This document shows, piece by piece, positions 43,740-52,121 of a stretch of 64,000 bases of DNA. The DNA is taken from the NCBI GenBank assembly GCA_035550055.1, contig DASZRO010000080.1, forward strand, positions 8,937 to 72,936. The letters run 5' to 3'. The DNA is from Mycobacteriales bacterium (lineage in GTDB: Bacteria > Actinomycetota > Actinomycetes > JAFAQI01). The notes beneath the pieces are model-generated. The model had not been told where the DNA came from and did no database searches. It saw only the letters and a list, made by a program, of their open reading frames with translations. The position numbers were made by a program, and so were the translations under genes. How positions within the stretch are numbered: the first letter of the stretch is position 1; the number at the start of each line of letters is the position of its first letter.

Positions 43740-44894
43740 CTAACCCGGGAACGGGGTGGCTACTCCACCGAGGTGGCTGATGTCGTTGACCAGCCGCACC
43801 ACCGACGCCCCCGTCGGGCGCCAGTCGATCACCGACACCGACGCCGGGTCGATGTGGATCCGGAACACCGTGTGCAGCGGCGCGTCGAGAGCGTCCCGCA
43901 GCAGCACCTTGATCGGCGTCACGTGGGTGACCACCAAGACCTTTGCGTCCGGATAGCTCGCGACGGTCCGCTCTCGAGCCGCCGCCACGCGCTTCGCGGT
44001 CGCGGCCATGCTCTCGCCGCCGGGCGGCGCGAGGTTCGGGTCATCGAGCCAGGCCCGCAGCTGTTCGGGCGAGCGCTTGTTGATCTCGCCGAACGTCGCG
44101 CCTTCCCAGTCGCCGAAGTCGGTCTCGGCGAAGCCGTCCTCGACGACCACGTCGGCACCGACCGCCGACGCCACAATCTCGGCGGTCTGCCGGGTACGCC
44201 GCAGCGGCGAGGCGACGATGACGTCGAGGCCGAGCCCGGACAGCCGGTGAGCCGCCGCCCGCGCCTGCGCCGTACCGCGGTCGGTCAACGCAGCGTCACC
44301 CCGCCCACTGAACCGCTTCTCGATCGACAGCGGCGTCTCGCCGTGGCGCAGCAGGGTCGCCATCGTGGTCGGCCCAACCGCGGCGCTCCAGCCGTAAAGG
44401 GTGTTTCGCGGCTTGGTCGCCGACGCGGGAGCGGCGCCAGCCTGTGCCGCGACGAGCGCCTCCGAGCGCGGCGACCACGCGCGCCCCGCCGCCTGGTCGT
44501 CCATCGCCTCGTTCGCCAGCCGGTCCGCTTCGAAGTTCAGCTCGCGCCTGATGTGGGTGAAGCGGGCGCTCGGGATCTGGCGGAGTACGCCGGCGGCCTC
44601 CTTCGCCAGCTCGATCATGTCGGGATGCTTGACCTTCCACGCGTTGCTCATCTGCATCACGACGAGCTTGGAGTCCATGCGGACCTCGACCTCGGTCGCG
44701 CCGAGCGCGACCGCCTCGCGCAGCCCCGCGATCAGGCCGCGGTACTCCGCCACGTTGTTGCTCGCGACACCGATCCCGCCGGCAACCTCGCGCAGGATCT
44801 CGCCGGTGTCGGCGTCGCGAACGAGCGCGCCGTATCCCGCCGGACCGGGGTTCCCGCGCGAGCCGCCGTCGGCTTCGACGATGACCCGGGTCAC
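43740..44894 (-). CDS. bifunctional RNase H / histidine (acid) phosphatase, Rv2228c-like
   Basis: GTG overlaps the upstream stop (GTGA). RNase H motifs EADGGSRGNPGPAGYG and NNVAEY. The C-terminal half carries LLRHGET (phosphoglycerate-mutase-type). Confidence 0.85.
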   Translation of the reverse strand: MTRVIVEADGGSRGNPGPAGYGALVRDADTGEILREVAGGIGVASNNVAEYRGLIAGLREAVALGATEVEVRMDSKLVVMQMSNAWKVKHPDMIELAKEAAGVLRQIPSARFTHIRRELNFEADRLANEAMDDQAAGRAWSPRSEALVAAQAGAAPASATKPRNTLYGWSAAVGPTTMATLLRHGETPLSIEKRFSGRGDAALTDRGTAQARAAAHRLSGLGLDVIVASPLRRTRQTAEIVASAVGADVVVEDGFAETDFGDWEGATFGEINKRSPEQLRAWLDDPNLAPPGGESMAATAKRVAAARERTVASYPDAKVLVVTHVTPIKVLLRDALDAPLHTVFRIHIDPASVSVIDWRPTGASVVRLVNDISHLGGVATPFPG

Positions 44895-45634
44895 AGGCCC
44901 GAGTCGGCCGTGCGGACCAGGATCCGCCGGCACTCCTCGCAGCGCAGCACCTCGTCGGGCTCCGCGTCGCGGATCCGGTTGATGTCGGTCGTGTTGAGCT
45001 GGAGGTGGCAGCCTTCGCACTGACCTCGGCGCAGCGCGGCGGCGCCGACCCCGCCGGAGGACTGCCGCAGCTTGGTGTAGAGCTCCAGCAAATCGCCCGG
45101 CACACCGGCCGCGGTCTCGCCGCGATGCGCCGTCGTCTTCTCCACCTCAGCGGCGATCTCCGCGAGCGCCGCGTCGCGACGCGAGGAAGCGTCGGCCAGT
45201 CCTTGCTCGATCGTGGCGAGCTCGCCGCGCAGCCCGGCCAGGCGAGCCTGCACCGTCTCGCGTTGCTCCATGACCTCGAGCTCGGCGTCTTCGAGCTCGG
45301 TCTGGCGACGATGCAGCGACTCGATCTCCGACTGCAGGTTCTCCAGCTCCTTGGGTGAGCTGACCTGTCCGCTGTCGAGCCGCTGCTGGTCACGGCTCAT
45401 CCGGCTGCGGACCTGCTCGACGTCGACATCGACCTTCGCCTGCTCGCGACCCAGGTCGCTGTCCTCGGTCTCGGCACGTACGACGTCGTCCGACACGGCG
45501 GTACGCCGCGCCTCGAGACTGGCGATCTCGTCGTGCTCGGGCAGCGTCGCGCGCCGATGCTCGAGCCGGTCCAGCGTGGAGTCCAGCTCCTGTACGTCGA
45601 GCAGCTTCAGCTGGTCCTCGGGAGCGGCGTTCAC
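44891..45634 (-). CDS. coiled-coil protein with C4 zinc ribbon (DUF164, Rv2229c-like)
   Basis: Long coiled coil followed by CEGCHLQL...CEECRRIL. Confidence 0.8.
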   Translation of the reverse strand: MNAAPEDQLKLLDVQELDSTLDRLEHRRATLPEHDEIASLEARRTAVSDDVVRAETEDSDLGREQAKVDVDVEQVRSRMSRDQQRLDSGQVSSPKELENLQSEIESLHRRQTELEDAELEVMEQRETVQARLAGLRGELATIEQGLADASSRRDAALAEIAAEVEKTTAHRGETAAGVPGDLLELYTKLRQSSGGVGAAALRRGQCEGCHLQLNTTDINRIRDAEPDEVLRCEECRRILVRTADSGL

Positions 45635-45640
45635 GTCACC

Positions 45641-46771
45641 TCAGCAGTGCGAGTGGGTGGTCCATGGGTCGGTGACGATCCGCGACACCGAAGTCTCAAC
45701 CGTAGTGCCGGGGATCGTGAGGTCCGTCGCGAGCAGCGCCGCGGCCTGGTCGAGCCACGGCGCCTCCGTCGCCCAGTGCGCAGCGTCGATCAGGGCGACG
45801 TCGAGGTCGGCGATGCTCTCCGAGGTCGAGTGGTGCTTGAGGTCGGAGGTGACGAGCACGTCGGCCCCCAGGCCGGCGGCCAGGGCGGCCAGTCCCCCGC
45901 CGGAGCCGCCGCACACGGCGACCGTGCGGACCGGGCGGCCAGGATCCCCCGCGCCGCGGACCCCCCAGCTCGTCGCCGGCAGCGCCCGCGCGACCTCCTC
46001 GGTGAACTCGGCGAGTGTCGTGGCTGCCGCCAGCGTCCCGATCCGGCCGAGCCCGATCCCGGTCGGGACATCGGCGAGCTCGACCACGTCGTACGCCGGC
46101 TCCTCGTACGGGTGAGCGGCGACCAGCGCGGCGAGCACCTGGCGGCGCAGCCGTCGCGGCGCGACCGTCTCCACCCGCGTCTCCGCCACTCGTTCCGCGA
46201 CGCCGGGGCTGCCGATGGTGGGTGACGTCCCGGGGCCGGGCGTAAAGGTGCCGGTGCCCGTACCGAGGTATCCGCACCGGCTGTAGTTGCCGATCGAGCC
46301 CGCGCCCGCCGCCGACAGCGCGTCGAGCATCCGGTCGGCGTCGTCGACCGGCACGAAGGTGACGATCTTGTCGACCGCACCGCTGGCCGCAGGCGAGAGC
46401 ACGCCGACGTCTCGCAGGCCGAGCGTCGCGGCCAGCGCGTCGTTGACTCCCGGGTTGGCGACATCGGCGTTGGTGTGCGCCACGTAGAGCGCGCAGCCCG
46501 CGCCGATCAGCCGGTGCACGACCCGGCCCTTCGACGTCGTCGCCGCGACCGACGTCGTGCCGCCGAGGTAGAGCGGGTGATGGGTGACCAGCAGCTGCGC
46601 GCCCGCAGCGACCGCCTCCTCCGCAACCGCCTCGACCGGGTCGACCGCGAAATGGATCCGCGTGACGTCGGCGTCCGGGTCGCCGCACACCAGGCCGACG
46701 GCGTCCCACGACTCCGCCCACGCTGGGTCGTAGCGGCCCTCGAGTGCGGCGATGATCTCCGCGAGGCGCAT
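45641..46771 (-). CDS. Nif3-like dinuclear metal centre protein (Rv2230c-like)
   Basis: ATG at 46771. Motifs WDAVGLVCGD, LLVTHHPL and DLKHH, with an inserted middle domain. Confidence 0.85.
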   Translation of the reverse strand: MRLAEIIAALEGRYDPAWAESWDAVGLVCGDPDADVTRIHFAVDPVEAVAEEAVAAGAQLLVTHHPLYLGGTTSVAATTSKGRVVHRLIGAGCALYVAHTNADVANPGVNDALAATLGLRDVGVLSPAASGAVDKIVTFVPVDDADRMLDALSAAGAGSIGNYSRCGYLGTGTGTFTPGPGTSPTIGSPGVAERVAETRVETVAPRRLRRQVLAALVAAHPYEEPAYDVVELADVPTGIGLGRIGTLAAATTLAEFTEEVARALPATSWGVRGAGDPGRPVRTVAVCGGSGGGLAALAAGLGADVLVTSDLKHHSTSESIADLDVALIDAAHWATEAPWLDQAAALLATDLTIPGTTVETSVSRIVTDPWTTHSHC

Positions 46772-46785
46772 GCCGTCAACATACG

Positions 46786-47364
46786 TTGGCGGGCGTGACC
46801 GACTCACAGCTCTGGCTGGTGCGCCACGGCGAGACGGAGTGGAGTGCGTCAGGGCGCCACACCGGCAGCACCGACGTTCCGCTCACCGAGCGCGGCCGGC
46901 AAGCCGCGACGCAGCTCGCCGCCGTCCTCGCCGGACACTCGTTCGCGGCGGTGCTGACCAGCCCGATGTCGCGGGCGCGCGACACCTGCGAGCTGGCGGG
47001 CTTCGGCGATCGAGCGATCGTCGACGACGACCTGCGCGAGTGGGACTACGGCGAGTACGAAGGCGTCACCACCGAGGAGATCCGCAAGACCCGGCCCGGG
47101 TGGACGGTGTTCGCCGACGGCTGCCCGGGCGGCGAAGCGGCCGATCAGGTCGCGGCGCGCGCCGACCGGGTCATCGCGTCGGCGCGGCGTACCGACGGCG
47201 ACACGATCGTGTTCTCCCACGGCCATCTGCTGCGTGTGCTGGCGGCGCGATGGGTCGGCCTGCCGGCGCCGGCCGGTGCACATCTCGCACTGGCGACGGC
47301 GTCGGTGAGCACGCTCGGCTGGGAGCGCGAGACCCCGGTGATCGCGAGCTGGGACCTCACCTGA
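46786..47364 (+). CDS. histidine phosphatase family protein
   Basis: Motifs LWLVRHGETEWS and FSHGH. Start is TTG 46786 or GTG 46795, only 14-23 nt from the divergent Nif3 start. Confidence 0.8.
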   Translation: MAGVTDSQLWLVRHGETEWSASGRHTGSTDVPLTERGRQAATQLAAVLAGHSFAAVLTSPMSRARDTCELAGFGDRAIVDDDLREWDYGEYEGVTTEEIRKTRPGWTVFADGCPGGEAADQVAARADRVIASARRTDGDTIVFSHGHLLRVLAARWVGLPAPAGAHLALATASVSTLGWERETPVIASWDLT

Positions 47365-47394
47365 CGCCCGCGTGCGTTGCTGCGGACGCGACGC

Positions 47395-49755
47395 TCAGGC
47401 GTGCGGGTGACGCTGCGCCGGCTCCCGGCCGACCGGCTGCGTCGGCGGCGGCAGGAGGGCGACCCGCGGCTTCAACGGCCGGGTGACCGGCTTGTCCGCG
47501 GTCACGAGCACCTCCTCGCCGGCGTGGCTGAGCGCGATCTCGCCGTCGTCGCCGTCGTGCACGGCGTACGTGACCTCCCGGTGGTCGACCTCGACCCGAA
47601 GCCGTACGCCGCGCCAGCGGATCCGGAACACGAGCTTCGAGATCCCCTCCGGCAACGCAGGGTCGAAGGTGAGCCGGCCGCCGAAATCCCGGAAACCACC
47701 GAAGCCGGCGACCAGCGAGCTCCACGCCCCCGCCAGTGACGCCATGTGCAGCCCGTCACGGCTGTTGCGGTGCAGGTCGCGAAGGTCGATCATCGCCGCT
47801 TCGTAGGCGTAGTTGTGCGCCAGCTCGAGATGACCGACCTCGGCCGCCATCACCGCCTGGGTGCACGCCGACAACGACGAGTCGCGGACGGTTCGCCGCT
47901 CGTAGTAGTCGACGTTGCGGGCCTTGTCCTCAGGTGAGAACCGGTCGCCGCACCAGTGCAGCGCGAGCACGAGGTCGGCCTGCTTCACGACCTGCTTGCG
48001 GTACATGTCGAAGTACGGCGCCGACAGCAACAGCGGATAGCGGTCCTTGTACGCCTCGAAGTCCCACGTCTCGTGCCGGGTGTAGCCCTCCGACTGCGGA
48101 TGCACCTGGAGCTTCTCGTCGTACGGGATGTAGACGTTGTTCGCCGCGTCCCGCCAGCTCGCCGCCTCCTCGTCCGTCACGCCGTACTCGCGCGCCAAGT
48201 CCGGATGCCGGCGGCACCCTTCGGCGGCCGCGGTGAGGTTGCGCGCGGCCATGAGGTTGGTGAACACGTTGTCGTCGGCGATCGCGCTGTACTCGTCGGG
48301 ACCGGTGACGCCGTCGACGTGCCACGCGCCCTCGGCGTCGTGATGACCGAGCGAGAGCCACATCCGCGAGGTCTCGACGAGGATCTCGAGGCCGCCCGAG
48401 CGCTCCACCGACTCGTCGCCCGTGGCGGTCCGGTAGCGCTCCACCGCGTCGGCGATGTCGGCGTTGACGTGGAACGCGGCGGTGCCCGCCGGCCAGTATC
48501 CGGAGCACTCCTGGCCCCGGATGGTCCGCCACGGGAAGGCGGCGCCCTTCAACCCGAGCCGGACGGCGTGCTCGCGGGCGAGATCGATCGTGGAGTGCCG
48601 CCACCGGATGACGTCGGCGGCCGCCTTGGGCTGGGTGTAGGTCAGCACCGGAAGCACGAAGCCGTCGGTGTCCCAGAAGGTGTGCCCGTCGTACCCGGGC
48701 CCGGTCAGCCCCTTCGCCGGGATCCCGCGCCGCTCGGCGCGCGCGCCTGCCTGCAGCACGTGGAACAGCCCGAACCGGACGGCCTGCTGGATCTCGTGGT
48801 CGCCTTCGATCTCGACGTCGGCCGACTCCCAGAACTCGTCGAGGTACACCCGCTGCTCGGCGAGCAGCCCTTCCCAGCCGGAGTACCGCGCGCTCGACAG
48901 CGCGGCGGCCACCTGGTCGCGCAGCGACGGCCGGGACCGCTGGCTCGACCAGCCGTAGGCGATCAGCTTCACCAGGCGCAGCCGCTCACCGGGGTGAAGG
49001 TGGGCGACCACCGTGGTGCGCGCCCAGTCCTCGCGGGTGTCGACGTCGAGGTCGTAGCGCCCGTCGTAGTCGATGAGGTGGTCCATCCCGGCAGCCATCT
49101 GCAGCTGGCTGGCGCGGGTGTGATGCATCAGGATCCCGCCCTTTTCGTGGCGGAAGTTCTCGATGCCCACCAGCGGCCGGTCGAGGATCGCCGACACCCG
49201 CGGGTCGGACTTCATCCGCGGTAGCTCCTCGTTGGCGACCAGCTCGGACTGGATGACGAACCGGATCGCCTCGTCGACCGGCTCGACGATGAACTCGATC
49301 GCCGCCACCGCGCGTTGGACGAACGACACCATCCGGCGGGAGCGCACGCGCACCCGTTGCCCGGCAGGCGAGACCCAGTCGAGGCGACGGGTCAACGTCC
49401 CGGCGCGGAAGTCCAGAACGCGTTCGTGCTGGTGCAGCTCGCCGTAGCGGACGTCGAGCGGCTCGTCGTTGACCAGGACCCGGATCAGCTTGCCGTCGGT
49501 GACGTTGACCACGGTCTGGCCGGATTCGGGATAGCCGTAGCCGGCCTCGGCGTACGGCAGCGGGCGCTGCTCGTAGAAGGAGTTGAGATAGGTGCCGGGG
49601 ATGCCGTGCGGCTCACCTTCGTCGAGGTTGCCGCGCATGCCGATGTGCCCGTTGGACAGCGCGAACACCGACTCGGACTGGGCCAGCAGGTCCAGCCGCA
49701 GGTCGGTCTCCCGGACCGCCCACGGCTCGACCGGATAGGCGGACTGCTCGATCAC
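47395..49755 (-). CDS. glycoside hydrolase family 65 (disaccharide phosphorylase-like)
   Basis: GTG overlaps the upstream stop (GTGA). 786 aa. The N-terminus ..[17 protein letters not shown].. and central ..[13 protein letters not shown].. are typical of GH65. Confidence 0.85.
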   Translation of the reverse strand: MIEQSAYPVEPWAVRETDLRLDLLAQSESVFALSNGHIGMRGNLDEGEPHGIPGTYLNSFYEQRPLPYAEAGYGYPESGQTVVNVTDGKLIRVLVNDEPLDVRYGELHQHERVLDFRAGTLTRRLDWVSPAGQRVRVRSRRMVSFVQRAVAAIEFIVEPVDEAIRFVIQSELVANEELPRMKSDPRVSAILDRPLVGIENFRHEKGGILMHHTRASQLQMAAGMDHLIDYDGRYDLDVDTREDWARTTVVAHLHPGERLRLVKLIAYGWSSQRSRPSLRDQVAAALSSARYSGWEGLLAEQRVYLDEFWESADVEIEGDHEIQQAVRFGLFHVLQAGARAERRGIPAKGLTGPGYDGHTFWDTDGFVLPVLTYTQPKAAADVIRWRHSTIDLAREHAVRLGLKGAAFPWRTIRGQECSGYWPAGTAAFHVNADIADAVERYRTATGDESVERSGGLEILVETSRMWLSLGHHDAEGAWHVDGVTGPDEYSAIADDNVFTNLMAARNLTAAAEGCRRHPDLAREYGVTDEEAASWRDAANNVYIPYDEKLQVHPQSEGYTRHETWDFEAYKDRYPLLLSAPYFDMYRKQVVKQADLVLALHWCGDRFSPEDKARNVDYYERRTVRDSSLSACTQAVMAAEVGHLELAHNYAYEAAMIDLRDLHRNSRDGLHMASLAGAWSSLVAGFGGFRDFGGRLTFDPALPEGISKLVFRIRWRGVRLRVEVDHREVTYAVHDGDDGEIALSHAGEEVLVTADKPVTRPLKPRVALLPPPTQPVGREPAQRHPHA

Positions 49756-50495
49756 GACGAGTCGTCCAGGAGCTCGGACAGGTCGCTCACCACTTTGCTC
49801 GCCCCGTTCTCACGCAATGCGTGCGCCTGCCCCACCCGGTCGATCCCGATGACGGCTCCGAAATGCCCCGCCCGCCCGGCTTGTACGCCGGCGATCGCAT
49901 CCTCGAAGACCGCCGCTTGCGCCGGCTCGACTCCGAGCAGCGCAGCGGCTCTGAGAAAGGTATCCGGCGCCGGTTTGCCGGCAAGCCGCTCCTCGCGAAT
50001 CGTCACGCCGTCGACCCGCAGCTCGATGTACACGTCCAGCCCGGTCACCCGTAGTACATCGGCAGCATTGGCGCTCGAGGAAACCAACGCGCGGCGCAGG
50101 CCGGCCGCCTGGGCCGCCGCCAGGTAGGGCTTGGTGCCGTCGAACACCTCGACGCCTCCTGCCCGGATCCGCGCCAGCACGTCCGCGTTCTTGCCGTTGC
50201 CGACGCCGTGAACGCTCGCCACGCCGGGCGGGTCGTCTGGCTCGCCCTCGGGCAGCACGATGCCGCGGCTGGCCAGGAAGTCGCGGACGCCGTCCGGCCT
50301 CGGCTTGCCGTCGACGTAGGCGAGGTAGTCCTCACGGGTGAACGGCGACTGCGGCACCGCACCGGTCGCGGTGAGTCCGGCCAGGAACGCGTCGAAGGCG
50401 TCCTTCCACGCCGCGAAGTGCAGGGCTGCCGTGTCGGTCAGCACCCCGTCGAGGTCGAACAGGCAGGCCGTCACACCGTCGGGCAGTCCCAGCAC
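49752..50495 (-). CDS. beta-phosphoglucomutase-family HAD hydrolase
   Basis: Motifs [16 protein letters not shown] and [10 protein letters not shown]. It sits immediately upstream of and is coupled to GH65. Confidence 0.8.
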   Translation of the reverse strand: MLGLPDGVTACLFDLDGVLTDTAALHFAAWKDAFDAFLAGLTATGAVPQSPFTREDYLAYVDGKPRPDGVRDFLASRGIVLPEGEPDDPPGVASVHGVGNGKNADVLARIRAGGVEVFDGTKPYLAAAQAAGLRRALVSSSANAADVLRVTGLDVYIELRVDGVTIREERLAGKPAPDTFLRAAALLGVEPAQAAVFEDAIAGVQAGRAGHFGAVIGIDRVGQAHALRENGASKVVSDLSELLDDSS

Positions 50496-50590
50496 GTGCC
50501 GATCCCATCACGACGCTGAAACGGTGAACCCGGGGCGCAGGGGGTGCGTGAAAGATCACGTACGGGGAACTTCCAGTGACGGAGGTATCC

Positions 50591-51253
50591 ATGCCGACAG
50601 CAGAGGACCACCCGACTTCGACCCAGCTCACCGGCGACCTGAAGACCGTGCTCGGTCGTGCCCACGAGACCTCGCTCGCCCTGCTCAACGACAAGGGGGC
50701 CAGCCGACTCGACGTCGTCGCCTGGTTGTCGGCGCACGTCGCCGCCTTCGAACAGTCCATCTACCCGATCGCCAGGCGCCGGCTCCCGGACGGTGCGGCG
50801 CTGCTCGCCGAGGACCGCGAGGTCGTCGCACGGCTGGTGCACACGCTGCGGGTCGCCGAACGGATGCACACCGGCGACGTCCTCGCGTCCAACCTGAGCG
50901 GTCAGCGGCTCACCGACCGCCTGCTCGAGCTGGTGAACGAACACAGCCGGGTCCAGCAGCGGCTGGTCGCGCGGCTCGCCGATGCGCTCGACCCCGCGGA
51001 GGCCGACAGCCTGGCCAAGGAGTACGGCGAGGCACTGGCCCACGCTCCGACCCGGCCGCATCCGCACCTGCACAACCGGATGCTGTTCCGGCTCGACGCG
51101 CTTCGCGACCGCCTCCTCGACACGATGGACGGCCGTCACGTGCCGGTACCCCGCGTCGCGCGGACCTACATCGCTCCCGGCCGCTGGGGCTCCTACCTGC
51201 TGGGCCAGCCGCACCCCGACGCCGAGCTGGGCCAGCCGAGGCCGCCGCGCTGA
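50591..51253 (+). CDS. hypothetical protein, possibly divergent hemerythrin-like
   Basis: ATG follows GGAGG. Helical, and it shares the APT[HR]PHP tail motif with the hemerythrin protein at 31729-32271. Confidence 0.55.
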   Translation: MPTAEDHPTSTQLTGDLKTVLGRAHETSLALLNDKGASRLDVVAWLSAHVAAFEQSIYPIARRRLPDGAALLAEDREVVARLVHTLRVAERMHTGDVLASNLSGQRLTDRLLELVNEHSRVQQRLVARLADALDPAEADSLAKEYGEALAHAPTRPHPHLHNRMLFRLDALRDRLLDTMDGRHVPVPRVARTYIAPGRWGSYLLGQPHPDAELGQPRPPR

Positions 51254-51365
51254 ACGACGAGCCGCCTCGTGCGTGGCGAATAGCCCGATTTGCACTTTCT
51301 CCCTAGGATTGTCCGCAACGTCCGGGAAGTCGCCTTCTTGGGACGACGACCTAAGGAGCGAGAGC

Positions 51366-51848
51366 GTGAACACACGACGGCTGGCACTTCGCCTCGGCAC
51401 AGGTTTGGTCGGGCTCACAAGCGTCGTAGCGGTCGGGGTGGCCGCACCCACTCCGGCTTCGGCTGTCGGGTTCCTGCCGACGACCACAACCGTGAGCGCA
51501 CCCGGCATCGTCGCCAACGGTCCGTCCGTCGCCGTCCCGCTGGGCGCCCAGGTCGCGCTGCTCGCCCCGCTGCCGATCATCACCAAGACCGGCGTCGGCC
51601 TGCTGCTCACGCCGAGCAGCTCGGTGTACTGGACGGTCTACCCGCCGGGCTCCTCGGTCGGCATCGACACCCCGCGGGTGCAGCTCAGCCACTGCCTGGT
51701 CATCCTCTCGGCGTGCACCGCCAGCACCACGATCTCGCTGGCCGGCACCGCCGTGGACGGCGTCTACACCGTGGTCGCGCACTACCTCGGTGACGACCTC
51801 GCCGCCTCGAGCAACGGCACCACGTCGTTCCTGCTCAGCGCAGGCTGA
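51366..51848 (+). CDS. secreted hypothetical protein (Ig-like beta-rich)
   Basis: GTG follows AAGGAG. Signal peptide ..APTPASA, then a beta-rich 130 aa containing two Cys. Confidence 0.6.
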   Translation: MNTRRLALRLGTGLVGLTSVVAVGVAAPTPASAVGFLPTTTTVSAPGIVANGPSVAVPLGAQVALLAPLPIITKTGVGLLLTPSSSVYWTVYPPGSSVGIDTPRVQLSHCLVILSACTASTTISLAGTAVDGVYTVVAHYLGDDLAASSNGTTSFLLSAG

Positions 51849-51890
51849 CCGGCCGCGGCGGCCCCGCCGTACCCGTACCCCAGCCCCTTC

Positions 51891-51978
51891 GTTCGAAGTA
51901 GCACACAACGCCCTTCACCGTGGGCGGGTTTGCGGTGCCTTGTCCGGTTCCGCAGGCGCGTTGTGTGCTACTTCGAAC
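51891..51978. repeat. 21-bp perfect inverted repeat flanking a 46-nt spacer
   Basis: gttcgaagtagcacacaacgc (51891-51911) and gcgttgtgtgctacttcgaac (51958-51978). It lies between the secreted-protein stop and the tRNA-Val 3' end. Confidence 0.7.
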
Positions 51979-52003
51979 CGGCGCGCGGTGGTCCCGGCAG
52001 CGG

Positions 52004-52077
52004 TGGTCCCAGCAGGACTCGAACCTGCGACCCCCTCGTTGTAAGCGAGGTGCTCTAGCCAACTGAGCTATAGGACC
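52004..52077 (-). tRNA. tRNA-Val: tRNA-Val (anticodon TAC)
   Basis: The reverse complement folds as a cloverleaf: GGTCCTA-TA-GCTC-AGTTGGCTA-GAGC-A-CCTCG-CTTACAA-CGAGG-GGGTC-GCAGG-TTCGAGT-CCTGC-TGGGACC-A. CCA is not encoded. Confidence 0.95.
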
Positions 52078-52121
52078 GATCGATGAAGGATACGAGCCGC
52101 CCGCGGCCGAACCTCATTCCC

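Noticed and set aside
52083-52121. Upstream ATG for the second S53 peptidase.
   Set aside because: It would place the start 5 nt from the divergent tRNA-Val 5' end. The ATG at 52122 begins a normal signal peptide.
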